Shown: positions 18,565 through 28,550, counted from the whole stretch's first letter. The stretch is 60,857 nucleotides of DNA, filler included, from an uncultured bacterium (GCA_964449065.1; 6 parts of 6 records of this genome joined end to end with filler, not necessarily neighbours in it); one strand, 5' to 3'. The notes: generated by a model from the letters alone, not told the origin. Numbers and translations: made by a program.

Positions 18565-20154
18565 ATGACAGAACCGGCGGGTTATATCAATTTAGTGCTT
18601 CATGCGCATTTGCCGTTTATTCGCCATCCGGAATATGAAGAATTTTTAGAGGAAGACTGGCTGTTTGAGGCCATGACCGAAACTTATATTCCATTGCTGG
18701 ATATCTATGAGCAAATGCTGAACGACGGCACGGACTATCGGGTAACCATGTCCCTCACTCCCCCTCTGGCGGAAATGATGTCCGATCCGTTACTGCAAAG
18801 CCGCTATCAGCACGAACTCGAAAAGTATATAGAACTGGCGGATAAAGAGATTCACCGCACCCAAAAGGAAGCTCCAGAATACCACGAAGCCGCGAAAAAC
18901 CAAAAATGGATCATCGAACGCTCTTTGCGTATCTTCAATCAATACGGCAAGAATCTGGTTAACGGATTCAAGCGCTTTCAAGACGAAGGCAAGTTGGAAA
19001 TCATCACCTGCTGCGCCACACACGGATTTCTTCCCTTAATGAAGAATGAAAATGTAAAACGCGCGCAAATTCAAATCGCCAAAGCCAATTACGAAAAACA
19101 CTTCGGCCGCCCGCCGCGCGGCATCTGGCTGGCGGAATGCGCCTACGACTATGGTGTGGATGATCTTCTCGCCGAAGCAGGCATTCGCTTCTTCTTCGTC
19201 GATGCCCATGGAATTCTTTATGGTACTCCACGCCCGAAATTCGGCGTTTTTGCACCGATATTGTCCCCGTCCAATGTGGCTGTCTTCGGCAGGGATATGG
19301 AAAGTTCCAAACAAGTATGGAGCCGCGACGCCGGCTATCCAGGAGACCAATGCTACCGCGAATTTTACCGCGATTTGGGTTATGACGGTGAATACGAATA
19401 CATCAAACCGTATCTGAAAAAAGACGGTGTCCGCCGCAACATTGGGTTTAAATACCACCGCATTACCGGTGAAGTCGAACTGCACGAAAAGCAGCCTTAC
19501 CATCCCCAAGAAGCGCGTGAAAAAGCCGCGGATCACGCCGGCAATTTTCTCTTCAACCGTCAGCAGCAAATTAAGTATCTGCGGCAATTTTTTGACCGTC
19601 CACCGGTCGTCACTTCTCCGTATGACGCGGAACTGTTCGGCCACTGGTGGTTTGAGGGGCCGATGTTTATCGAATATTTTCTCCGCAAGATGCACCACGA
19701 TCAGGATGAAATTAAACCCATCACCCCCAGCGAATACTTAGAGCGTCATCCGGTGATGCAGTCCGTACAGCCCGCGCCAAGCACCTGGGGCGACAAGGGC
19801 TATTATGAAGTTTGGCTGAACGGCAGCAACGATTGGATCTACCGCCATTTTCACATCTGCGAAGACCGTATGGTTGAACTGGCACGGCAATACCCAAACG
19901 CGGACGGAATTACGGAACGGGCACTCAAACAAGCCGCCCGCGAATTGCTATTGGCCCAAAGTAGCGATTGGGCCTTTATCATGACAACCGAAACCGCCGT
20001 GCCCTACGCCAACCGCCGGGTTAAAGAACACTGCCACCGCTTTAATACCTTCTACGATCAAATCAAAGCCGGACAAATCGATGAAAGTTATTTAGCGGAA
20101 ATGGAATGGAAAGACTCCATCTTTCAGGAAATCGATTACCGGGTGTACGCGTAA
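18565..20154 (+). CDS. GH57 1,4-alpha-glucan branching enzyme (with DUF1957)
   Basis: LHAHLP, ETYIPLL, ATHGFLP, GIWLAECAY, YDAELFGHWWFEGP, LLAQSSDWAF. Confidence 0.95.
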   Translation: MTEPAGYINLVLHAHLPFIRHPEYEEFLEEDWLFEAMTETYIPLLDIYEQMLNDGTDYRVTMSLTPPLAEMMSDPLLQSRYQHELEKYIELADKEIHRTQKEAPEYHEAAKNQKWIIERSLRIFNQYGKNLVNGFKRFQDEGKLEIITCCATHGFLPLMKNENVKRAQIQIAKANYEKHFGRPPRGIWLAECAYDYGVDDLLAEAGIRFFFVDAHGILYGTPRPKFGVFAPILSPSNVAVFGRDMESSKQVWSRDAGYPGDQCYREFYRDLGYDGEYEYIKPYLKKDGVRRNIGFKYHRITGEVELHEKQPYHPQEAREKAADHAGNFLFNRQQQIKYLRQFFDRPPVVTSPYDAELFGHWWFEGPMFIEYFLRKMHHDQDEIKPITPSEYLERHPVMQSVQPAPSTWGDKGYYEVWLNGSNDWIYRHFHICEDRMVELARQYPNADGITERALKQAARELLLAQSSDWAFIMTTETAVPYANRRVKEHCHRFNTFYDQIKAGQIDESYLAEMEWKDSIFQEIDYRVYA

Positions 20155-20165
20155 AAGGAAACGGC

Positions 20166-20357
20166 ATGAAACTTCAAAAAGATAAGATCAACATAAAAAA
20201 ATTGCACGATCAAAATGACGATAATTTTGTCGATGCTTCTCCAGCAGAACGCATTGCATGTATGTGGGATTTAACGGTTGAAATTTGGTCGTTAAAGGAA
20301 AGAAAACATGTTGAATCCCGATTACAACGACATATTACAAATATTATCCGCAAATAA
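20166..20357 (+). CDS. Small hypothetical protein of the type found upstream of small nucleotidyltransferase genes
   Basis: 63 aa, SPAERI..MWDLT..W....ESRLQR; overlaps the start of the next fragment. Confidence 0.55.
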   Translation: MKLQKDKINIKKLHDQNDDNFVDASPAERIACMWDLTVEIWSLKERKHVESRLQRHITNIIRK

Positions 20358-20412
20358 TGTTCGCTTCCTTATTGTTAGTGCCTATGCATTAGAGGATTTC
20401 AGGTTTGCGTAG
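20308..20412 (+). pseudogene. Truncated nucleotidyltransferase-like gene
   Basis: MLNPDYNDILQILSANNVRFLIVSAYAL resembles the MLNPDF...V.YLVVGGYA N-terminus; stops after 34 codons next to a REP hairpin. Confidence 0.6.
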
Positions 20413-20419
20413 ACGTTGT

Positions 20420-20447
20420 GTAGGTGCACATTGCAATGTGCCCCTAC
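20420..20447. repeat. GTAG-type REP-like hairpin
   Basis: GTAGG-T-GCACATTGCAATGTGC-C-CCTAC palindrome. Confidence 0.7.
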
Positions 20448-20495
20448 GGCAAGTGCAATACCAATTCTCTGTCAATCCAAACTTGAATTGATCGA

Positions 20496-20595
20496 NNNNN
20501 NNNNNNNNNNNNNNNNNNNNNNNNNNNNNNNNNNNNNNNTTAATTAATTAANNNNNNNNNNNNNNNNNNNNNNNNNNNNNNNNNNNNNNNNNNNN
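20496..20595. other. Artificial contig spacer
   Basis: N run with TTAATTAATTAA. Confidence 0.97.
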
Positions 20596-20759
20596 GGGAG
20601 GGCGAGGCTCCCGCCGAGCCACAGGGTTTTCACCTTACCCGACACTTTTCCCCTGTCAGTGTAGTAGGGTGAAACTGTAGGGCTCCAAGCGAAGCGCAGC
20701 CCACCACAACCATCTCTTCTCACTCGATTTGAACCAACATTCCTGTTGCAACTTGGTAT
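20596..20759. repeat. Family B composite repeat (REP-like hairpins, ending TGCAACTTGGTAT)
   Basis: 25 bp at 20596-20620 identical to 60480-60504; GTAGGGTGAAACTGTAGGG similar to 28511 and 60417; right end matches 10326-10398. Confidence 0.75.
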
Positions 20760-20765
20760 TACTCT

Positions 20766-21041
20766 CTGATGTTACGCAATCCATGATTGACGATTGCTTG
20801 AAAAATGGGTTTTGTAGTGAGCCAACTATTCTTAGTCAAACGCAGTGTCTATCGTCTTCTCCATTTAGGAGAAGATAAGAGATAAGGACGATGAGAGCGA
20901 TTGCTCCCCATGACGCAGTAGCGTCATTAGAAGTTTATTCCTCCCGAACCCTCACCCCGTCCCTCTCCCGGTGGGCAAGGGCGATAGATGCAGCGAAGGA
21001 TGAGAAAAACGGGCATATCATAATGTAGTGCGTAACGTGAG
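20766..21041. mobile_element. 276-bp MITE (family A) with 13-bp TIRs and 7-bp target duplication
   Basis: CTGATGTTACGCA ... TGCGTAACGTGAG, flanked by TTACTCT at 20759-20765 and 21042-21048; homologous to 24930-25203. Confidence 0.85.
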
Positions 21042-22535
21042 TTACTCTTGCACCTGCTGTTTAAAAGCAGTTATGAATTGTGTAACGATTTCCGGGTTTC
21101 GCTCTGCAATGGATTTTGTTGGGTCGGCGGAGGATTGGATATCGTAGAGTTCGATATCTGTAAGTTGATTTCCATTGCGTTGAGCGATGAGGCGGTAACG
21201 CTGGCTGCGCATGGAGATGAAATCGTTCCAATAACTGTAAGAATACTCATTCACCTCTTCAGCGGGATTGTTGATAAGGGGAACCAAACTCTTACCGTCG
21301 ATGCTGTGCCGGGTTTTGGTGAATTCCGGTTTACATAGATCAACCAGAGTTGGGTATATATCCAACGTATCAACCAAAGCGTCACATTCCTTTCCAGCGG
21401 AATCCATTCCCGGTACACGCACCATCAACGGAGAGTGCATCGCGCGCTCAAAGGGGGTGTGCTTGCCCCACAATTGTGAATCGCCCAGATGCCAGCCGTG
21501 GTCTCCCCAAAACACAACGATGGTGTTATCAGCCAGTCCGGTTTCTTCCAACTTATCAAGCACTTTACCGATTTGGCGGTCAATATAGCGGACACAAGCA
21601 AGGTAGGCCCGGCGGGCGTTTTGTTGATCATCTTCCGCGAGCGGGTACGTCTTTTCGTAGGGCATGTCATATTTGTAGAACTCGTTACTTTTATGCCAAT
21701 GGGGCGATTCCGGCTTGTCTTGATGCGGCGCGAGAGGTACATCGATATCCTTCACTGCTTCCCAATCTTTTTTCGTGGCAACAAATGGCAAATGCGGTTT
21801 GAAAAAACCAAGACCAAGAAAAAACGGCTTCTGGCTGTCTTTTAGGGTATCGAACTGCTCCAGTGCTTCCTCGGTGAGCATGCCGTCGGGAAGGTCAGTG
21901 TCATGCTCCGCTGTAAATTCTTGCAGGTCGATATGGCCCTGGCCGTCTTCGCGGTGTTTACCGCCTTCATAGGCAAAAAAGACCCCCCATCCGCGTTCCC
22001 ACGGTCCGTAGGGGGTTGCCAGTTCATTCCAGCCATAAGGAATTTCATCGCGGCCGTCACCTTCACCGTTGTACGCGTAAACTTTGCCATCGGCAGTGTG
22101 TGACATCTTGCCGATACATACAGTATGGTAGCCGCTGCGGCGAAACTGTTCCGGCAGGGATTGCGCGCCCTCCAGCATGGTATGTAACAAGGCACTGTCT
22201 CCGCGGTAGAACGCATGGTTGTTGCGGGTAACACCGGAGTTGAGGGGAGAACGTCCTGTCAAAAGACAATAGCGGGAGGCTCCGCAGGTGGCTACTTGCA
22301 CAAAGTGGTTGGTGAAACGAAGAGACGTTTTTGAAAACGCATCAATGTTGGGCGAGATGGCATAGGGCTTTCCGTAGCAGCCTAATTCGGGGCGCAAATC
22401 ATCTACCGCGATGAAAAGTACGTTATAGCGGTTGACATCCTGTTGGCTGTCCGCGTTTGCTGCCGTCAGAGAAGACAGTAGCGCGGCGCTTGTGGTTTTT
22501 AGAAAGGTACGGCGGTTCGTAGGATTCGGCCTCAT
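21042..22535 (-). CDS. Tat-exported sulfatase (iduronate-2-sulfatase-like, S1 family)
   Basis: NRRTFLK Tat motif, NVLFIAVDDLR, CGASR, GKMSH, KPHLPF, GDHGWHLG. Confidence 0.92.
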   Translation of the reverse strand: MRPNPTNRRTFLKTTSAALLSSLTAANADSQQDVNRYNVLFIAVDDLRPELGCYGKPYAISPNIDAFSKTSLRFTNHFVQVATCGASRYCLLTGRSPLNSGVTRNNHAFYRGDSALLHTMLEGAQSLPEQFRRSGYHTVCIGKMSHTADGKVYAYNGEGDGRDEIPYGWNELATPYGPWERGWGVFFAYEGGKHREDGQGHIDLQEFTAEHDTDLPDGMLTEEALEQFDTLKDSQKPFFLGLGFFKPHLPFVATKKDWEAVKDIDVPLAPHQDKPESPHWHKSNEFYKYDMPYEKTYPLAEDDQQNARRAYLACVRYIDRQIGKVLDKLEETGLADNTIVVFWGDHGWHLGDSQLWGKHTPFERAMHSPLMVRVPGMDSAGKECDALVDTLDIYPTLVDLCKPEFTKTRHSIDGKSLVPLINNPAEEVNEYSYSYWNDFISMRSQRYRLIAQRNGNQLTDIELYDIQSSADPTKSIAERNPEIVTQFITAFKQQVQE

Positions 22536-22807
22536 TAGAAAATCGCTTTCTTGTCTTAGCTCAACAGTCAATTGATGGAGATTATTCAGTCGTTCAATAT
22601 TCTTCTCAACATCCTAATAGAAAGCAATTCATTTTACAATGATAAAAATAGGGGGGGTATTTGTTTTCGTATTGATAGAACTATTGCTAACATTTTCTAT
22701 AACGTTTTACATTTTTATGATACAATTATCAATAAAAATATGCATATTTCGCTCATCACACGGTAAAGTGTAAATTAATTTTACACTTTAGAAAGTTTAC
22801 TTGAACG

Positions 22808-24424
22808 ATGTGGATCATCCTTTCAATATCAATTTGCATAGGCGCTGCGGTTTTAGCGGCTTACTTTTTTCTAACAAGCGGACGCCCAACCCATAAACAA
22901 ATCCTAATTGATCTGGGATTAAAGCCCAATGTAGACGGCAGTTTAAAAACGGCTTTTTATAAATGGGGGTGGCGCAAACAAAATACCGAACAGGTTTGGG
23001 CGGAATATATTGTAAAAGAAGCATTTAAAAACGCTGGTATATGGTTAGCCAAAGAGGACCTTCAGTTCTTTGAAGCCGCTTGCAGAGTCAGAGAAAAAGG
23101 CAAAGACCCAAACGAAGAACAAATCTTCAAACGGGTAGATACAATCGTGAAACGGATGAATGCCGTGCGTCATACAATCATCCGTCATGTAAACGAGGTA
23201 ATGAATTTGATCAACTATACCCCTCCAAAAGAAGCGCAAGCGCTACTGGAAGAGAAAGGAATAGACGTTGAAGAAGAAACCTCCGTTATCCGGTATGGAA
23301 CGTATCATATTCGGCAGAAACTTGCGGTTTTGGGCAAGCAAGCATTAGGCTATCAAGAAGACGGTGTACCCATTATTGACCATAAAGGCAATACCCTTTA
23401 CAAAATGCATGGAATGCCATCTTGGAAGATACTGCTTTCCGTATACATTGAAGAAACCAAAAAGCGGGTGCGCAAATTAGCCCGCGGTTTAAAAGCCGGT
23501 GTTTACCGCTCCATTGAGCAGCAGTTGAAAGAAGGATTATTGTCCGATTATGAAGAAGATATCGCCAATCAACAGCAATTCACCGCATCAATGGAGAAAG
23601 AAATTCATGCCAAAACACTGGAATGCAAGATGGATGATCTCTACCGAATCGATGCGGTTTTTTATCAATGGCTGTTTGCTGACGCGATCCCCATGAATAT
23701 GGTGGACCTGAAGCGTGTGCGTAAGATGCTTTCCGGTAAAAATCTTGCCGGCCGGTTTCGGCAAATGATTATTGAGGGTATTCATCCGAAATTTGAAACA
23801 TCAAAGAAAGTGTTTGACCTTTTCCCCCGTCATGTAATCTTTTACGGAAAAGATGATTCTTCCCGGTCATTCGCCGCGGAACGATACCAGTCTCATTACA
23901 AAATTATGTTGGAAACATTCGCCCCTATATTCCGCATAGAAAACCATGACCCGGTGTTGGTGCACGTCCCGTTGAAAGAAATCAACCGGATTGCGGAAGA
24001 AGAAACGCAGCGATTACAAAAAATAGATAAATACGCTCACCTTGAAGGGGTAAAACAGGGAGAAAACCAATTTGATGTGAGTAAACTTCTCAAGTTGTTG
24101 GATTTTCAAAAGTCCTTGGCCATTCATGATAAAAGCGAAGAAATAAACAGTGGTGAAAAGAGGGGATGGCTGATCAATTATCCGGTCAGCGATGAACACC
24201 CGGAAACCTTTGCGCTGCTTGAAACGCCGCAATACAAACCGTTTAGCCGGTTTAATTGTGACAGCGCGGGCGAGATCGATTGCAAGAGCAACACGTTTCA
24301 TGCACGCAAACAGCGTGAGATATTTTTTACCCTCATATTGGATGTGCTTACCAACCGGGCGGACCTCAATAACAGCAAACATTCTTCTTTAAACAAAGAA
24401 AACACACAATCTGTAGCGGTTTAA
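22808..24424 (+). CDS. Membrane-anchored hypothetical protein with a possible degenerate adenylate-kinase-like C-terminal domain
   Basis: N-terminal TM helix; VIFYGKDDSSRSFAAERYQSHY...LVHVPLKEINR...KRGWLINYPVS parallels the Adk motif order. Confidence 0.6.
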   Translation: MWIILSISICIGAAVLAAYFFLTSGRPTHKQILIDLGLKPNVDGSLKTAFYKWGWRKQNTEQVWAEYIVKEAFKNAGIWLAKEDLQFFEAACRVREKGKDPNEEQIFKRVDTIVKRMNAVRHTIIRHVNEVMNLINYTPPKEAQALLEEKGIDVEEETSVIRYGTYHIRQKLAVLGKQALGYQEDGVPIIDHKGNTLYKMHGMPSWKILLSVYIEETKKRVRKLARGLKAGVYRSIEQQLKEGLLSDYEEDIANQQQFTASMEKEIHAKTLECKMDDLYRIDAVFYQWLFADAIPMNMVDLKRVRKMLSGKNLAGRFRQMIIEGIHPKFETSKKVFDLFPRHVIFYGKDDSSRSFAAERYQSHYKIMLETFAPIFRIENHDPVLVHVPLKEINRIAEEETQRLQKIDKYAHLEGVKQGENQFDVSKLLKLLDFQKSLAIHDKSEEINSGEKRGWLINYPVSDEHPETFALLETPQYKPFSRFNCDSAGEIDCKSNTFHARKQREIFFTLILDVLTNRADLNNSKHSSLNKENTQSVAV

Positions 24425-24452
24425 CAATACGGCCCTGTCCCTCGTTTTTCCA

Positions 24453-24818
24453 TCATCCCTTCTCCCTTAACAGTTTGATTGCGTCTTTCGCGCTGATTTC
24501 TCCCTTTTCCACACGCTCCAATATGCGGAGTTGCAGCCTCTCCGGTTCCGTGTTCTTCAAAATCTCATTCACTCTGTCCAACTTCTTACAGACAGTTGGA
24601 TACGATATCCCCTACTCTTTCTCCACATCGCGGATGTTCCCCCGGTTGCGCAAAAATACCAACACAAAATGCTGCAATTCCTCCGGCAGTTTAAAAAACA
24701 ACGGCACCGCGATTAATGAATCCACCACCGCGTCGCACTCTAAACATTGCAGCCGGGCCACCTTCATTTCCGCCCGGCAAACCGGGCAGTTATACGCAAC
24801 ATCTTTCTTCATTTTCAT
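24453..24818 (-). pseudogene. DUF2089-family Zn-ribbon/HTH protein with in-frame TAG at 24612-24614
   Basis: CPVC...CLEC...FLRNRGNIRDVEKE*GISYPTV.KKLD...ILERVEKGEISAKDAIKLL; the frame continues past the stop. Confidence 0.85.
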
Positions 24819-24929
24819 GTTTCATCCATCATAAAAGCAATAATAGTTTAACTATTTTAATATATCAATTAAAATATTGAATTTTTTGCCATGCCTATAT
24901 CCATCCATATAGACCATCTATAATCATAA

Positions 24930-25203
24930 CTGATGTTACAAAAATGCTATTTGACTTATACTTAAAAAGAATTTCGTCATAAACCGAATTTTTAAGTTAA
25001 ACGCAAGGTCTATCGTCTTCTCCCTCTGGGAGAAGATAAGAGATGAGGGCGAAGAGAGCGATTGCCCCCTTTGACGCAATAGTATTATTAGTGGTGGTTA
25101 TCACCAAAACACTCTCACCCCATCCCTCTCCCATAGGGCGAGGGCGATAGATTTAGCGAATGGTCAGAATAACGAATCTATCGTAAAGAATGCGTAACAT
25201 CTG
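24930..25203. mobile_element. 274-bp MITE (family A) with 7-bp target duplication
   Basis: CTGATGTTACAAA ... TGCGTAACATCTG, flanked by ATCATAA at 24923-24929 and 25204-25210. Confidence 0.85.
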
Positions 25204-25244
25204 ATCATAATTTCATTTGATACTTTGATTGAAGAGAGGCATTT

Positions 25245-27536
25245 ATGAAAGTAACGGTTCTGTTCCATATACTTTTGGTCGGTTTATTTTTATCTTCTTT
25301 TGCTTATGGCGAAAAAACGAAGAAGATCGATCTGGATTACATTTACAAAAAAGATGAATTGAATATCCCCCCGGTTGATCCCGATCTCCCGAAGGATTTC
25401 CAATGGTCGAACAAAGGACATCTATTAGCGTATATGGTATCGTTCGCTACCGAGGCGCCCAGTTTGACGGTATATAATCCAGCGCGGGACGCCACGATGG
25501 CCTTGGTCACACCGAACACGCTTTATATTGCTTTGCAAGAGTTAGAGAACGGCTCAAAAGAAACCCGAATCCCTAAAACACTCACAGCATCGCTTATTCT
25601 GAATAACACCGCCAATGTATCGAAAATCGAACGCTATTCTTGGAGCGAACAGGCAAACACTCTGTTGATTGATTCAGATGGTAAGCGATACAAATTCGAT
25701 CCAACCACAATGGACATTATGGAATCGCCGGTACCGAAAGAGCCTAAATTGCCGGGAGGCAAAAAACAAAATATGACCGGCTCCCCGAATGAGCGCTACA
25801 AAGCTTACATTCGTGGAAACGATCTTTGGGTGTATGACATTGAGGAAGAAAAAGAAATTCGGCTGACGGAAAGCGGCAGTGAATCGATCCTCAATGCCCG
25901 GTTAACGTGGGTGTATTGGGAAGAACTCTATCACCGGCAGGGATACCGGGGGTATTCCTGGTCTCCAGACAGCAGCAAAATCGCCTATATGCAGTTTGAT
26001 GAAACCGGGGTGTCTACCTATCCCGTCACGGATTTTTCTACCCCCATACCCACTACACGCGATATGTTTTACCCCAAAGCCGGGACAAAGAATCCAACGG
26101 TGCGGGTGGGAATCGTATCGCTATCCACCCGGCATACCGAGTGGATTGATTTGGGCGCGCCATTCGAATACATCGCCCGGTTTGGATGGTCCCCGAATGG
26201 AGACCTGCTGTTTGTGCAAACGCTAAACCGCCCGCAAAATGAACTCACGCTGCATTTTGCCGACCCGGTCACCGGCAGCAGCCGGGTAGTATTGAAAGAA
26301 ACCGATGAGGCATGGGTAAACGTGAACGGCGGGCCCTTTTTTCTTGAAAACAGTGACGATTTTTTGTGGCTGTCGGAACGCAGCGGGTTTCGACACCTCT
26401 ACCGCTATGACCGCAACGGAAAACAAAAAAAGCAACTAACCGATGGCGATTGGGAAGTGATATATGACCATTGGCGGGAGGATGAAAACTTTGTATTTGA
26501 CGAAGAACGCCAACGGGTCTTTATCAAAAGCACAAAAGAATCTCCGGTTGAGCAGCATTTGTATTCGGTATCGATGAACACGGGACGAATGAAACAAATG
26601 ACAAAGGGCAAGGGGCAGCACACTCTCGAATTTTCGCCCGATATGAAATACGCCATCAATCGTTTGCGGAGTGCGAATGTTCCTCAGCGAATTCAGGTAA
26701 TAAAGGATTCAGGAAATGCAATACGCGTTTTGGGTGAAACGACTTATGAAGACTATCATCCCTATGAGATGCAAGTTCCTGAACTGTTGGAAATCAAGGA
26801 TGACGAGGGAAATCTGTTTTACGCGAAGATGACCAAACCGCTGGATTTTGATCCCGGCAAGAAGTATCCGGTAGTTGTCTATGTATATGGCGGACCTCAC
26901 GCCCAAATCGTGCATGACGCGCCTGCATCCACACGCGACATGATGTTTGTCAATGAAGGATATATTTTGTTTTCGTTGGATAACCGCGGTTCCAAAGGCC
27001 GGGGGCATGAGTGGGAGAAAGAAATCTACAAGCGGTTTGGTACGGTTGAGTTGGATGATCAATTAACAGGAATTGAATACTTGAAAACATTGCCGTATGT
27101 GGATCCCCACCGCATAGGAATATGGGGGTGGAGTTATGGCGGATATATGACATGCATTGCCATGCTGAAGGCGCCGGATGTATTTCGTGCGGGCGCTTCC
27201 GTCGCTCCTGTGACGGATTACCGGCTGTACGATACCATCTATACAGAACGATATATGTCCACACTGCAAACGAATCCCGATGGCTACGCGGAAGCATCGG
27301 CAGTGAACTATGCGCGTCAGTTAGAAGGAGCGCTGCTTTTGGCGCATGGAATTAGTGACGACAACGTTCATGTGCAAAATATATATCACCTCGTTGACAA
27401 ATTTATTGAGGTGGATAAACAATATGAATTGTATTTATTCCCTGAGAAGGCGCATGGAATTGGGGGAAATGATGATCAGTACTTTTTATTTAAACGGATT
27501 TTGAAACATTTAAGCATCCATTTGAAGGGTGAATAA
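25245..27536 (+). CDS. Dipeptidyl peptidase IV (S9B), secreted
   Basis: WVYWEE, YPKAG..NP, VYGGP, DNRG, GWSYGG, DDNVH, HGI. Confidence 0.95.
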   Translation: MKVTVLFHILLVGLFLSSFAYGEKTKKIDLDYIYKKDELNIPPVDPDLPKDFQWSNKGHLLAYMVSFATEAPSLTVYNPARDATMALVTPNTLYIALQELENGSKETRIPKTLTASLILNNTANVSKIERYSWSEQANTLLIDSDGKRYKFDPTTMDIMESPVPKEPKLPGGKKQNMTGSPNERYKAYIRGNDLWVYDIEEEKEIRLTESGSESILNARLTWVYWEELYHRQGYRGYSWSPDSSKIAYMQFDETGVSTYPVTDFSTPIPTTRDMFYPKAGTKNPTVRVGIVSLSTRHTEWIDLGAPFEYIARFGWSPNGDLLFVQTLNRPQNELTLHFADPVTGSSRVVLKETDEAWVNVNGGPFFLENSDDFLWLSERSGFRHLYRYDRNGKQKKQLTDGDWEVIYDHWREDENFVFDEERQRVFIKSTKESPVEQHLYSVSMNTGRMKQMTKGKGQHTLEFSPDMKYAINRLRSANVPQRIQVIKDSGNAIRVLGETTYEDYHPYEMQVPELLEIKDDEGNLFYAKMTKPLDFDPGKKYPVVVYVYGGPHAQIVHDAPASTRDMMFVNEGYILFSLDNRGSKGRGHEWEKEIYKRFGTVELDDQLTGIEYLKTLPYVDPHRIGIWGWSYGGYMTCIAMLKAPDVFRAGASVAPVTDYRLYDTIYTERYMSTLQTNPDGYAEASAVNYARQLEGALLLAHGISDDNVHVQNIYHLVDKFIEVDKQYELYLFPEKAHGIGGNDDQYFLFKRILKHLSIHLKGE

Positions 27537-27623
27537 ACCGGTGAGGAACTCTTTCGAAAACGCCGCCGCGGGTGTTTAATAATTGGTTCTCAAAAGACAA
27601 TCAACGAAGGTGGAGGATACATC

Positions 27624-28247
27624 GTGGCTCTTTCCGTAAAAGAACTCGAAGACGAAATGGAAGAAATTAAGATGTTGATGAAGATATGGAATAATTTTTA
27701 TTCTGTATTGACAAAAACCTTTTACGATTCCAGTGTCGACATCAAAGAATTGGACCCTGAGTTCCAAAAAATAAAGCAGGTGATCGCCGAGCATCATAGC
27801 CACTTCATGAAACTGATTAAGAAAGATTTCCACATCGGGCAATCGGTACTCACCACCGTAAAACGAACGATTACCTTGGAAGGATTTGGAAATCTAAGTC
27901 CGTTGGAAACACGTAAAACCCTGATTGAATGGCATGATGCGAATATCTTATTGAATGAAACACTGGGATCACTGGAATGCGAGCGGGATAAGGTCTTGCG
28001 GGGACGAAGAACCGATGTCCCCAAAGATAAAGGATCCTCATCCGTTATGGACTTCTTGAAAAGCGGGACCTTTAAAAATCTGATCATCCTGATTGTGATC
28101 GTGGCATTGTTGGCGGCGTTTTACTTGAACTTCGAAGCCATTCACGGTACAGATATTTGGCAAAGTTATTTTAAATGGCTCGATGAATATTTGCAGATGG
28201 CCGGGTTCCCTATCCCGCCGGAAGTTGGAGAATCAACTGGAAATTAA
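27624..28247 (+). CDS. Hypothetical protein with a C-terminal TM helix
   Basis: GTG start with GGAGG RBS; helical domain followed by LIILIVIVALLAAFYL. Confidence 0.75.
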   Translation: MALSVKELEDEMEEIKMLMKIWNNFYSVLTKTFYDSSVDIKELDPEFQKIKQVIAEHHSHFMKLIKKDFHIGQSVLTTVKRTITLEGFGNLSPLETRKTLIEWHDANILLNETLGSLECERDKVLRGRRTDVPKDKGSSSVMDFLKSGTFKNLIILIVIVALLAAFYLNFEAIHGTDIWQSYFKWLDEYLQMAGFPIPPEVGESTGN

Positions 28248-28270
28248 TGCAGCAGAAAGATGGAAATCAC

Positions 28271-28301
28271 AAAGCCGGTAGAATACTGCCGGCTTTTTTT
28301 T
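28271..28301 (+). terminator. Rho-independent terminator
   Basis: AAAGCCGG...CCGGC followed by a T run. Confidence 0.8.
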
Positions 28302-28448
28302 CGTCTGAACAAACAAACTGAAGAGTACCGGAACACACCGAAAGTTTAGACGTGTATTTTGCTTGTTCAATCAGGAACGGTTTCATCAATCGTGGGCAAA
28401 CCAAACATCCCAGCAGGCATATGTGAGCAGGCAGCAACGAGCCGCCTT

Positions 28449-28550
28449 ATACCAAGCTGCATCTAAAAAGTGAGTGATCTTTCACGCAACCATACGGGAT
28501 CATGAAACGGTAAGGTGAAACGGCAGGGTGGCTTAAAGCGAAGCGTAGCC
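28449..28550. repeat. Family B repeat, left part
   Basis: ATACCAAGCTGCA (12/13 match to the inverse of TGCAACTTGGTAT), then ATCTTTCACGCAACCATA shared with 60378-60461. Confidence 0.7.

Noticed and set aside
22275..22292. Sulfatase CGASR instead of CxPxR as an inactive variant
   Set aside because: CxAxR is a known functional variant, and the other catalytic motifs are intact.
24612..24614. Pyrrolysine or stop-codon reassignment
   Set aside because: The position corresponds to Leu, TAG terminates intact genes here (rplJ, rplL), and no pyl genes are seen.
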